The notes under the pieces: generated by a model
Databases searched by the model: none
Told to the model about the DNA's origin: nothing
What the model saw: the letters and a program-made list of their open reading frames with translations, nothing else
Made by a program: the position numbers and the translations under genes
Origin: an uncultured Candidatus Saccharibacteria bacterium
GTDB lineage: Bacteria > Patescibacteriota > Minisyncoccia > Phycocordibacterales > UBA2100
Direction of reading: 5' to 3'
Assembly: GCA_964434285.1 (NCBI GenBank)
Contig: CAYSUJ010000001.1
Coordinates: 304,564-368,563, forward strand
Length of the DNA: 64,000 bases
Part shown: positions 54,314-63,131 of the stretch, piece after piece
Numbering within the stretch: the first letter of the stretch is position 1
How the letters are laid out: each line of letters starts with the position of its first letter

Positions 54314-56074
54314 TCACTCGATCGTATTAGTTGATTCAGACTCTTCAGAAGAACTTGACTCCTCACTTTCAACCTCCGCAGAAGGCCCCTTTTGCTCGCC
54401 CCCTTCCTCAGTTTCATCTCCGAGAAGGAGAGGGCTCAATGTGTTAACTTCCGAAAAAGGAACCCTTCCTGCGAACGCTTTGATTATAGCATCCTCGCGC
54501 ATTGTGCGCATACCCTGCTGTCGTGCAGCAGCCCACAATTTTGAATCAACAGGATTCGTGAGAATTATTTTCTCGATTTCACTTGACATTTCCAGTACCT
54601 CAAACACTGCCGCTCGGCCACGCATACCAGTAGGACATGAAGCACTCCTCTCCGGCTCGTACACGTTCTCTGGTATGGGGAATCGATAATGCGATGGCAT
54701 CGTAGCCAGATCGCGCTCAACCGCCATGCGATCTCCATTTGAAAGTGGCACTGACTTTCCTGTCCCGTCGCAGAGCGTCCGCACTAAGCGCTGTGCCATC
54801 GAAAGAATGAGCGTTGAAGGAATGAGGTATGGTTCGACGCCCATATCGATAAGACGCGGTATCGTTCCCACAGCATCATTCGTGTGAATAGTTGAGAGCA
54901 CGAGGTGACCGGTGAGTGCAGCCTGCATGGCAAGCTTCGCGGTTTCACCATCACGAATCTCGCCCACCATTATGATATCGGGATCCTGGCGGAGTGTGGT
55001 ACGCAAACCGTTTGCGAATGTGTAGCCGATTTCGGGACGCACCTGCGATTGAATAATGCCTTCGACATGGTACTCGATAGGATCTTCGAGCGAAAGTACA
55101 TTTTGATGCTCACGATCAAGCTCAGCCAGCATTGAATAGAGTGTGGTTGATTTACCGGAACCAGTAGGACCTGAAATGAGAATAAGGCCATGAGGGCGGT
55201 CAATCGCCTCTCGAATGAGACGAAGATCGCGTTCGGAAAGTCCAAGATCGCCAAGCGGAATAAATCCCTGATCGCGGTCGAGAATACGCATCACCACCTT
55301 TTCCCCCATGTAGGTTGGAAAGGTGGAAACACGAAAATCAATTTGACGGTCATTGAATGAGGCAGAAAATCGTCCATCCTGCGGCTTTCGTCTCTCATCA
55401 AGTCGAATGGATGAGAGCACTTTTACACGCGCGATGATGGCGCGGTGCGTCTCCGATGGCAAAACAACACTCGTGTGAAGTTCGCCATCAACACGATAAC
55501 GCACACGCACGCCAGCGGTCGTTGGTTCAATATGAATATCTGAGGCCTTGCCATCGATAGCATATCGCAGAATCGTCGAAACAATCTTGATTGCGGGTGC
55601 ATCTTCGCGAATGGTCGTCTCACCACTGCCACCACCTCCGCTCGCCAAGGAACCAAGTTCCAATAGATCCTCCTCATCTGAAAAAGCGCTCGAACTATCC
55701 TTTTCTTTACTCGCACGATCGTCTCCAGAGTGGAGATCGGAAAGAGCGCGATCAACATCGCCACCCAACCCTCGATACATTTGGATAATCTTATCAATAT
55801 CCGCATCGGAAACTTTAAATAACTTAAAAGGCATGCCCGTTTTCCGAGCAATGAAATTGAGTGCATCAATTGCTGCGATATTGTCGGGATCAACGACGCC
55901 CATTTCAAGCACGCCCTCATTAACCGCGAGCGGTGCAAACCGATAGTGTTGCGCCGACTCCTCAGGAATATATTTGAGGACGTCGTACGGGATTTTACTT
56001 GAACCAAGTGAACGTTCTGGTATTCCTGAAGAAGTGCCAATCGCCTGGCTGCGCTGGTCATTCGCAGTGGGCAT
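54314..56074 (-). CDS. pilB: type IV pilus assembly ATPase PilB/GspE with an acidic Ser/Glu-rich C-terminal tail
   Basis: GSPII_E N-terminal domain; Walker A LISGPTGSGKSTTL; Asp box, Walker B, His box; tetracysteine-free C-terminus ending ESEESSSSEESES. Confidence 0.85.
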   Translation of the reverse strand: MPTANDQRSQAIGTSSGIPERSLGSSKIPYDVLKYIPEESAQHYRFAPLAVNEGVLEMGVVDPDNIAAIDALNFIARKTGMPFKLFKVSDADIDKIIQMYRGLGGDVDRALSDLHSGDDRASKEKDSSSAFSDEEDLLELGSLASGGGGSGETTIREDAPAIKIVSTILRYAIDGKASDIHIEPTTAGVRVRYRVDGELHTSVVLPSETHRAIIARVKVLSSIRLDERRKPQDGRFSASFNDRQIDFRVSTFPTYMGEKVVMRILDRDQGFIPLGDLGLSERDLRLIREAIDRPHGLILISGPTGSGKSTTLYSMLAELDREHQNVLSLEDPIEYHVEGIIQSQVRPEIGYTFANGLRTTLRQDPDIIMVGEIRDGETAKLAMQAALTGHLVLSTIHTNDAVGTIPRLIDMGVEPYLIPSTLILSMAQRLVRTLCDGTGKSVPLSNGDRMAVERDLATMPSHYRFPIPENVYEPERSASCPTGMRGRAAVFEVLEMSSEIEKIILTNPVDSKLWAAARQQGMRTMREDAIIKAFAGRVPFSEVNTLSPLLLGDETEEGGEQKGPSAEVESEESSSSEESESTNTIE

Positions 56075-56077
56075 AAA

Positions 56078-56422
56078 TTAGTTTTGGTCTACCGAGGATG
56101 TCGTGGTAGCCGCCTGCCGAGGTGTCGTTGTTCCCGTTCGCGCAATCGGTAAGAATGGATTCGGACGCCCCACCGGTTCGGGAGTGATCTGCGTACCAGT
56201 GTCGACAAGTTGTAGAAAGGCTGGGTCAGTCAGTATGGTACCCGCAAGTGAGATAGTTCTGAGTTGCAGAAGTGTCTCAATAACCTCCTTATCCTCTGTC
56301 CCTTGAATAGTCAGATCTTCCGTCGTTAAGAGCGGCACCGAAGCAGTGTCACGCAAAAATACGTACCAACCAAGGAAGGCGGCAACAACACTTCCGAGCA
56401 CAATGATGATTTTGGATGGCAT
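56078..56422 (-). CDS. membrane-anchored hypothetical protein (PilP-position)
   Basis: N-terminal TM then a soluble region; sits between the PilO-like gene and pilB. Confidence 0.35.
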   Translation of the reverse strand: MPSKIIIVLGSVVAAFLGWYVFLRDTASVPLLTTEDLTIQGTEDKEVIETLLQLRTISLAGTILTDPAFLQLVDTGTQITPEPVGRPNPFLPIARTGTTTPRQAATTTSSVDQN

Positions 56423-56431
56423 AGGTGCGAA

Positions 56432-56998
56432 TTATTTGAGCCAGTAGGTGCGGAGCGTCACATCGAATCGATATACGGGTTCGTTACTCTGTGCAGAAGT
56501 GTCAGGATCCATAGAGAGCTCTACTAAGTCGACGACACGCAAGCTATCTTCGAGCGCTTGCATAAACTCAACGAATTGAGGATACGACCCTCCGGTTGCG
56601 AACTTTAGTGTGAGTGACCCTGTTGGACTCTCATCAGCTCCAATAACGGCCACATCGGTTGCAATGGGAACCAGTCCCTGCGCATCGATGACGACGTTTT
56701 GCAGCGCAAAACCATACTTCGAGGCAAGGGTATCGAGGTCAAGAACCAGTCGTACGTTATCGACATGATCCGGCAACAGCTTTCGCAAGCGCTCAATATC
56801 AGCGGGATTAAACGCATTGTAGCGAGAAAGTAGTTGCTGCTTCAGGCGCTGAAGTTCATCGGCTTTTGAAAGTGCTGCATCGTACTGCGCGATATCCTCT
56901 TGCGTCGACCGCATGCTGTCATACGCAGGTTTTGTGTAGTAGAGAAACAAAGCAATGGAGCCTATGAACAGCAGGAGTGTAAAGAGTATGCGTGTCAT
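56432..56998 (-). CDS. PilO-like type IV pilus assembly protein
   Basis: N-terminal TM, coiled coil and a C-terminal alpha/beta region; right size and gene order. Confidence 0.45.
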   Translation of the reverse strand: MTRILFTLLLFIGSIALFLYYTKPAYDSMRSTQEDIAQYDAALSKADELQRLKQQLLSRYNAFNPADIERLRKLLPDHVDNVRLVLDLDTLASKYGFALQNVVIDAQGLVPIATDVAVIGADESPTGSLTLKFATGGSYPQFVEFMQALEDSLRVVDLVELSMDPDTSAQSNEPVYRFDVTLRTYWLK

Positions 56999-57681
56999 AG
57001 TGATGGCTGATTGCTCGCATCTGACCGCGGTGAAGGAGAAGCTTCAAAAGGCGATAATTCCGACGATGCTTCCTGAGGCGTGGACGGAGCGACAACATCA
57101 ACAGAGCGATATCTCAATTTCTCAGGATCAACGAGCGCTACAAAGTCAAAACGGACCCCTTCTGTTGTTCGATTGATGTTAGAGAAAATGGGGTTCACGA
57201 TGAGGCCACTTTTAGAGAGAAGATCGGCCTGGAGAGCAATCGAGTTGACACTTTGAGCGAGGCCCTGCATTGTCACATCCATTTCTCGTTCGTTCTGAGC
57301 AACGAAACTGAAATTTGAAAACGACACCGTCTGGAGTGTTAATTGTTGTAGTAGATAGAAAATGTCAGAGGGCGAAGTGTGGTTGCCCAAAACAACGTCG
57401 GCAGCTTTCATGCGGTCATCGAGCCGCGTGAGCTCGGCAATCAGTGCCGGCTCAAACGCCTCTTTTGCTCGCTGGAGCTGCGCCCGCTTGCTCTCGGCGG
57501 CCGTTGTTAAATATTGGATATAGAGGAATACACCAACAGCAAGCACGACCGATGCAAAAAAGAAAACGAACCCAGCAAGTAATGCCAAGTCGGCACCCCC
57601 CTTGCGATCGCGGCGCGCACCCATGGAGGGCGAAGAAATCGGTGCTTGTGGTATGAATGAAGAACGAATGTTTGATTCCAT
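56995..57681 (-). CDS. PilN-like type IV pilus assembly protein
   Basis: Short cytoplasmic N-terminus, TM, then a periplasmic coiled-coil domain; 4-nt overlap with the next gene. Confidence 0.45.
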   Translation of the reverse strand: MESNIRSSFIPQAPISSPSMGARRDRKGGADLALLAGFVFFFASVVLAVGVFLYIQYLTTAAESKRAQLQRAKEAFEPALIAELTRLDDRMKAADVVLGNHTSPSDIFYLLQQLTLQTVSFSNFSFVAQNEREMDVTMQGLAQSVNSIALQADLLSKSGLIVNPIFSNINRTTEGVRFDFVALVDPEKLRYRSVDVVAPSTPQEASSELSPFEASPSPRSDASNQPSL

Positions 57682-57702
57682 AGAAAGTCCCTATACTTTC
57701 TC

Positions 57703-58854
57703 TTATCCCTTCCGGAGCTCGCGCAATGCAAGCCCCACAGGCACTGCAAAACCCGGGCCAATTGCCTGGAGAACTTGATCTAGAAATGCAGGCGCCTCAG
57801 TACGACCGAATGGATTTGCAATTTCAACCTGCGCATTTAAAGCCTGATTTGCAAACGCCTGCAACCCGGGCAACGACGCTCCTCCTCCGGAAAGCAGTAC
57901 GTGCGAAACATCCTTATTGTATCGCTTCCCGTAGCTCAATAGTACCCTATCTACCTCTCCAAAGAGGCGCTCGAGTGTGGATAGGAGCGACTGCTTAACC
58001 TTGTCATTCTCGTCGACTGAAAATGCCGAAGAACTCGTAAGGCCACGCTCACGCTTGATTCGCTCTGCCTTGTCGAAATCCCAAGAAAGTGAACGTGCGA
58101 GGGTTTCTGTCATCTGCTGACCGCCTATTGTCGCGAGGTGCGTCATGCGCACGACGCCGCGCTCGACCACATACATCTTCGTAGTCGAAGCGCCAAGATC
58201 AATAACAAGGACGGGCGCGATGCCGTGTCCAAGGGAACTTCGTATAGCACTGAAGATCTCAATCTCATAGAAATGAGTGGAGAGCCCTGCACCAGTCGCG
58301 ATCGTTTGGTAATTCCGCACCGTATCATTGTGAATCGCGACAAGGAGCACTTCCTGCCCCTTGCTCTGCAACGCCGTTTTTCCCTGTATGCGATCGAAAG
58401 CGGCATCGGTTGCCTCCTCTGGGGGGATCACAAACCAATCAAGCATTACTTCGGAGACCTGCACAGGAATATACTTTCGCGCTTCGATCGGGATCATTTG
58501 TTTCAAGTGCTCAGGATCAGTTTTAGGGAGATCCAGAATAGAAACGAGGCTCGAAGAAAAGGGGATCGATATTCCCGCCGATTTAGCGGTTACATTCGCT
58601 TCGCGCATCAGATCCAGAAGTGCCTCAGTAAGCGTCTCCGGCGAAAGCTTTACCGCCTTCCCCACCGACTCTTTCGCGTACGGACCAAGCGCGATCTCGC
58701 CATAAGTTTCCAAAACAGCAGCACCGTGCGCCGAGCGCAGCTGTACCACTTTCGCAGAAGCGGCACCAATATCAACGCCAACAACACTGCTCTCGGAGGT
58801 TCCGGTCAGTGCACCAGTTAACTTTTGCGCAAGCGTCCCTAGCGATAGCGCCAT
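57703..58854 (-). CDS. pilM: PilM (actin-like type IV pilus assembly ATPase)
   Basis: VVGVDIGAASAKVVQL N-terminal phosphate-1 motif, FtsA/actin fold length, followed by pilN/O-like genes. Confidence 0.7.
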   Translation of the reverse strand: MALSLGTLAQKLTGALTGTSESSVVGVDIGAASAKVVQLRSAHGAAVLETYGEIALGPYAKESVGKAVKLSPETLTEALLDLMREANVTAKSAGISIPFSSSLVSILDLPKTDPEHLKQMIPIEARKYIPVQVSEVMLDWFVIPPEEATDAAFDRIQGKTALQSKGQEVLLVAIHNDTVRNYQTIATGAGLSTHFYEIEIFSAIRSSLGHGIAPVLVIDLGASTTKMYVVERGVVRMTHLATIGGQQMTETLARSLSWDFDKAERIKRERGLTSSSAFSVDENDKVKQSLLSTLERLFGEVDRVLLSYGKRYNKDVSHVLLSGGGASLPGLQAFANQALNAQVEIANPFGRTEAPAFLDQVLQAIGPGFAVPVGLALRELRKG

Positions 58855-58869
58855 GACTCCAGTATATCA

Positions 58870-59193
58870 CTACAAAGCATCAATCTTCGCTGCAATGATA
58901 AAGTCATTCTCCGAAAGCCCCTGCACGGCATGGGTGGAAAGTTCAATTTCAACGTGCCCCCAGGAAAGCGAGATGTCTGGGTGGTGCCCTTCGTCTTCGG
59001 AAAGTGCGGCAACTTTCGCGACGAAATCAAATGCGTGCTTAAAATCGGGAAATTTGAATTCTTTTGAGATCGCGCGGGCGCCCGGCCAGAGCGTCCAGCC
59101 GGAAATACTTTTGAAAAGCGCCTCGGCCTGCTGCACCGGAAGCGGTGGACCGCCGACTTCACAGGGTATGCACTTTTTCTGCGTCAAATCCAT
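58870..59193 (-). CDS. pterin-4a-carbinolamine dehydratase (PCD/DCoH)
   Basis: EDEGHHPDISLSWGHVEIELSTH matches the PCD signature. Confidence 0.75.
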   Translation of the reverse strand: MDLTQKKCIPCEVGGPPLPVQQAEALFKSISGWTLWPGARAISKEFKFPDFKHAFDFVAKVAALSEDEGHHPDISLSWGHVEIELSTHAVQGLSENDFIIAAKIDAL

Positions 59194-59207
59194 GTGATAA
59201 TCGTAGC

Positions 59208-59873
59208 ATGCTCCGCCTCTTCAGGGAGGTTGCGAATTTTTTCCAGAGCGCGCTTGATATCGTATTGCCACGCAAGGAGCGTGCTGTCCGCACATCTGGA
59301 TACACGAGTGAGACACTCCCCATCTCCCCGCTCGCGCAAATATATGGCGGCGTTTCTATCACCTCTCTCCTTTCCTATCAAAACCAGGCGGTCGAAGATT
59401 GCATCCGTGCACTCAAATACGACGCCTCCACAGCTGCGGCGAATATACTCGCCGAGATCCTTGCAGAATATCTTCGCGAAGAAATCGCTCAGATCCGGGC
59501 ATTTAGTGCACAGCCTGTTTTGCTGGTACCCATTCCACTTCATACGCGCCGATTCCGTGAACGCGGCTTCAATCAAGTGGCGCTCGTCCTTGAGCGTTTG
59601 CCAAAAGAATTTCATGACGGCGAGCTCGCGACACTCGCATTCAGCATCATCGCACGCGTACGCGAAACCGCGCCACAAACACGCCTCCCGCGTGCCGAAC
59701 GTTTGGAGAACGTGAAAAACGCGTTTGCACTTGCTGAGAGCGATGCCGCACAACATTCCCACATAATTTTGATCGACGACGTGACAACGACGGGCGCGAC
59801 GCTTTTTGAAGCGTCGCGCCCGCTTGAGCGCATTCACGCATCATTTACCTTAATCGCACTTGCGCGAGCCTAA
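59208..59873 (+). CDS. ComF family phosphoribosyltransferase-like protein. The likely start is the ATG at 59208; the ORF track begins at 59145
   Basis: LVPIPLHTRRFRERGFNQVALV and IILIDDVTTTGATL PRTase motifs. Confidence 0.65.
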   Translation: MLRLFREVANFFQSALDIVLPRKERAVRTSGYTSETLPISPLAQIYGGVSITSLLSYQNQAVEDCIRALKYDASTAAANILAEILAEYLREEIAQIRAFSAQPVLLVPIPLHTRRFRERGFNQVALVLERLPKEFHDGELATLAFSIIARVRETAPQTRLPRAERLENVKNAFALAESDAAQHSHIILIDDVTTTGATLFEASRPLERIHASFTLIALARA

Positions 59874-59926
59874 GCACGCGATATGAAAAGTGGCCGCACG
59901 TATACTCGCGCGGCCGCTCGTATCAC

Positions 59927-60139
59927 TCAGAGTTTTGTCCACTCTCCTGCAGGAATTTCGGCACTCGCGTTCGACGAGCGCGACGAGAGAACAAGCGCTC
60001 CGTTCGCCAGAACGAGCCACTCAATGCGCCCGTCTTTCGGCGGATCCTTCTGGAATTCGAGACAACTCCGAAGACCAGCCTCCGTGAGACGGTGTGTTTT
60101 ATCGAGAACGAATTCTTTGTGGTCTTTGCCCTGTTCCAT
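59927..60139 (-). CDS. possible small protein (70 aa)
   Basis: ggag 8 nt before the ATG; no homology recognised. Confidence 0.2.
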   Translation of the reverse strand: MEQGKDHKEFVLDKTHRLTEAGLRSCLEFQKDPPKDGRIEWLVLANGALVLSSRSSNASAEIPAGEWTKL

Positions 60140-60183
60140 TCGATAGTCTCCAAGCTATGACGACTATTTAGACTATGCGCGCA

Positions 60184-60873
60184 TTAAGCATTTTGCGCAA
60201 GCAGCCGACCCAGATGTTCCACCAACTCATCCGAAGAACTCGCCCACATAGGCGCTTTACTTTTCACTGCCTCGCGCACGACATTTGCCCCGAATCCGAC
60301 AAACATATCGACGGCACCCGCGGTGTATGCTGCGAGATCATTGGCCCCGTCGCCGACAAGCACCGCATAGGCTATGTCATCTCGCGCCCGTACGACTTGG
60401 ATCGCAGCCGTCTTCCCTGAATCGGTCCACAGCAAACTGCTCTCGAGCGGATGCACGAATGTACCGTGCGTATCGAACACGGGAATATTGGTGAGCACTC
60501 TCTCTTCAGGAACGTGAAGCGCGCGCGCTGTTGGGGCAACCGATTCACGAAAGCCGCCACTCACGATGTAGGTACGAGTGCCACTCTGCTCGAGCTCCGC
60601 AAAGACATCCTGCATGCCCGTTGTTATGTGTTTTTTCAGTTCCTTGCCAACAATCTCAAAGTCAGTGCATGCCAGCGAGATCGTGGCGAGCCGCTTCGTC
60701 ACCGACTGCGTAAAGGGAAGTTTTCCCTCCATACCAAGATTCGTTATCTCCTCGATCTCCCGTACGACGCGGTCGCGCTCAGGATGTGTTGCGAGTGCGT
60801 ACGCAATCGTCTCGTCCAGAGATTCCTTTGTCACGACAGTCGAATCAAAATCAAAAAGGACAGCTCTCATCAC
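60184..60873 (-). CDS. HAD-superfamily hydrolase, phosphoserine phosphatase-like
   Basis: LFDFDSTV motif I, SGGF motif II region, GDGANDL motif IV. Confidence 0.6.
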   Translation of the reverse strand: MMRAVLFDFDSTVVTKESLDETIAYALATHPERDRVVREIEEITNLGMEGKLPFTQSVTKRLATISLACTDFEIVGKELKKHITTGMQDVFAELEQSGTRTYIVSGGFRESVAPTARALHVPEERVLTNIPVFDTHGTFVHPLESSLLWTDSGKTAAIQVVRARDDIAYAVLVGDGANDLAAYTAGAVDMFVGFGANVVREAVKSKAPMWASSSDELVEHLGRLLAQNA

Positions 60874-60948
60874 GCGATATTAGCGCATGATTCTAACCTT
60901 CGCCATTACGTGAAGAACAAGACACTTTATGATAGTCTTCTCTCACAC

Positions 60949-61040
60949 GGAGAGGTGGCTGAGTGGTCGAAAGCGGCACGGTGCTAACGTGTTAGGCGGG
61001 TAAAACTGTCTCCAGGGTTCGAATCCCTGCCTCTCCGCCA
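60949..61040 (+). tRNA. tRNA-Ser (anticodon GCU) with a long variable arm and encoded CCA
   Basis: GGAGAGG acceptor stem, anticodon loop GUGCUAA, about 20-nt variable arm, GGTTCGAATCC T-arm, CCA. Confidence 0.85.
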
Positions 61041-61101
61041 GTGATTTTAGGGCTTAGATAAAGATGTTTTAGAACAGGGGATTGAGGGGATTCGAACTTA
61101 C

Positions 61102-61620
61102 ATGAACAGCATTCAAACAACAGACGAATATCTCGACTTGGTTGATTAACACGATCAAGTTATTGGGAAGAAAAAGCGATCGGAAGTATATGCCGAACAT
61201 CTGTCGAATTTTCGAGTTGTAAATGCGTTTGTTGTAAATTCCAAAGGCGAGATTTGGATACCAAGACGAGCTGCGAATAAAAGAATCTTCCCGCTCTGTT
61301 TAGACATGAGCATGGGAGGCCATGTAGAAAGTGGAGAAACTTACGAACAGACGCTTAAGCGCGAGACACAAGAAGAACTCAATATTAATACTGATCAGGC
61401 TCAAGTGCGTCTGCTCGGACATCTCACTCCTTAAAAAGATGGAGTCTCTGCTTTTATGAATGTGTACGAAATTAAGGTGGAAGAAGCTCCTGATTACAAC
61501 AAAGACGATTTTATCGAGTATTTTTGGCTCGCACCAAAAGCCTTATATGAAAGAATTGCTCAGGGAGAAAAAACCAAGGGAGACCTACCGACCCTCGTAA
61601 AAACCTTTTATGATGTCTAA
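61102..61620 (+). pseudogene. Nudix hydrolase pseudogene (in-frame TAA at 61147-61149 plus a frameshift near 61430)
   Basis: Nudix box MGGHVESGETYEQTLKRETQEELN is readable. Both halves are under 60 aa, so absent from the ORF track. The region is AT-rich. Confidence 0.55.
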
Positions 61621-61780
61621 ACAAGTAAAAAAGAGTGTAAATATCTGGCCTGAACGTCTTGCAGAGCTTCGCCGAGTAACCATCATCGAATCTGCTAGTG
61701 CATCCACTCGTCTTGAAGGTTCAAAGCTTTCCGACAAAGAAGTCGGACAGATCGCTAATATTGTTTTTGGGCAAAAGTAG
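61613..61780 (+). pseudogene. Fic/DOC-family N-terminal fragment (55 aa)
   Basis: IESASASTRLEGSKLSDKEV contains the Fic inhibitory-helix-like (S/T)xxxE(G/N) motif. There is no downstream Fic core. Confidence 0.35.
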
Positions 61781-62210
61781 GGATTTCGAAAAGCTCTGGC
61801 TTTTCTCGATATATTCGTCTGAGATTCCGTATGATCTTATCAATCTGACTGAAATTGAGCCGCTTCGGTTCTAATTTCGGGACACCGCCACCGCAAAAAT
61901 AACGAGCGCAAAGCGCAGCTTTGCGCGACTATATTTTTGCAGGAAGAGGCAGGGATTCGAAGGCGAGCCCGAGGATCCGTTCAGCAGAACGGATCGGGCG
62001 AGCGTGATCAGGCGGAGAAAAATTGTGACGACAATTTTTCGAGCGCTTGACCGAATCTCACCACTTCACGCTAGGGATTCGAAAGGCGGAGCGATGTTTT
62101 GCGAGTATGCAAAACCCCGCCTGCCGGCAGGCGCGTGCCAGGTTCGTGCGGCATAAAGTGCGGCGGCACTTTTGAACGTCTGACCGAGTCCCCACCTCTT
62201 CGCAAAACTA
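61781..62210. repeat. ORF-free array of tandem degenerate units, each starting agggattcgaa(a/g)ggcg and packed with perfect hairpins
   Basis: Units begin at about 61953 and 62076 (agggattcgaaggcgag / agggattcgaaaggcggag) and end ctgaccga.tc.cacc.cttc.c. Hairpins include gatccgttc/gaacggatc, gaaaaattgtg/acaatttttc, gttttgc/gcaaaac and cgcctgccggcaggcg. Confidence 0.5.
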
Positions 62211-62215
62211 CGCTG

Positions 62216-62470
62216 TTATTTCTGCTTCCACCGCGGAGCGAATCGCGCAATGAATGCAAATAGGTGTGCTTTAAATACATTTTCTCCCCGCGCGGTAATA
62301 GCCGCAATCATCGCCTTTTTAAACCCCGCGTAATCAGTCCCCTCGTAACGCAGTCTCTGCTCTGAAAAACAATACGAGCAATATTTTTCATGCTCGCGTG
62401 CTGGGCCTTTCGGATCTTTCGAAAACGGCATCAGGCAACTTTCACACATGCCCGAGAGCGGCTGTCCCAT
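62216..62470 (-). CDS. zinc-ribbon domain protein (Zn_ribbon_2-like)
   Basis: CESC...YCSYC paired CxxC near the N-terminus; 84 aa. Confidence 0.5.
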   Translation of the reverse strand: MGQPLSGMCESCLMPFSKDPKGPAREHEKYCSYCFSEQRLRYEGTDYAGFKKAMIAAITARGENVFKAHLFAFIARFAPRWKQK

Positions 62471-62473
62471 AAA

Positions 62474-62812
62474 CTACGGCAACACTTTCCCGATTAGCCA
62501 CGAGATCAGTGAAAGTACGATCGCCCCGAGAAGTGCGGGCACAAATCCATCGACATCAAACCCGGGCACTATGAGCTCCATGCCCCAGAAGAGTAGTGCA
62601 TTGAGTACGAACGAGAACAACCCGAGTGTCACGATCGTGAGCGGGAGCGTGAGAACCTGTAAGACGGGGCGGATCACAGAAACAACAACCGACCACACAA
62701 GACTCACCAAAAGGAGTGTCACCCATCCATCAGCAACCGAAATGCCTGGCACAAGATTGACAGTTAAATACACCGCCACAGCTACAGCAAGAATCCGTAA
62801 TATGAAGTTCAT
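62474..62812 (-). CDS. DUF360/YvlD-like (phage holin family 4-like) membrane protein
   Basis: Four hydrophobic helices; the PGFDVDGFVPALLGAIVLSLISWL motif is typical of DUF360. Confidence 0.5.
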   Translation of the reverse strand: MNFILRILAVAVAVYLTVNLVPGISVADGWVTLLLVSLVWSVVVSVIRPVLQVLTLPLTIVTLGLFSFVLNALLFWGMELIVPGFDVDGFVPALLGAIVLSLISWLIGKVLP

Positions 62813-62875
62813 ACATGTAGTATGGCAAAGAAAAAACCCTGCGCAACCAGGGTTCTTTCTCGACTTGCATCCGGA

Positions 62876-62998
62876 CTACATCGACTCCTCAACTTCCTCC
62901 CCGGAATCACCGTCTCCCTCTTCATCGGTATCAACTTCTTCTGCCATCTCGTCGATAGCATTTGGATCCAACACCGAATCATCGTGGTCATCACTCAT
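62876..62998 (-). CDS. possible very acidic micro-protein (39 aa from the internal ATG; the ORF track extends to 63172)
   Basis: MSDDHDDSVLDPNAIDEMAEEVDTDEEGDGDSGEEVEESM; weak support. Confidence 0.15.
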   Translation of the reverse strand: MSDDHDDSVLDPNAIDEMAEEVDTDEEGDGDSGEEVEESM

Positions 62999-63131
62999 AG
63001 GCCCGTACCGTTTACTGGTAAACACCGCTATCGTAACGGGCGTAGGATTACATGCAAGTGGACAAGGTTGTTGAAATTGTGGATAAAAAAAACATCCTCG
63101 CGTAACATACGTCACCCGGTACAATACCGGT

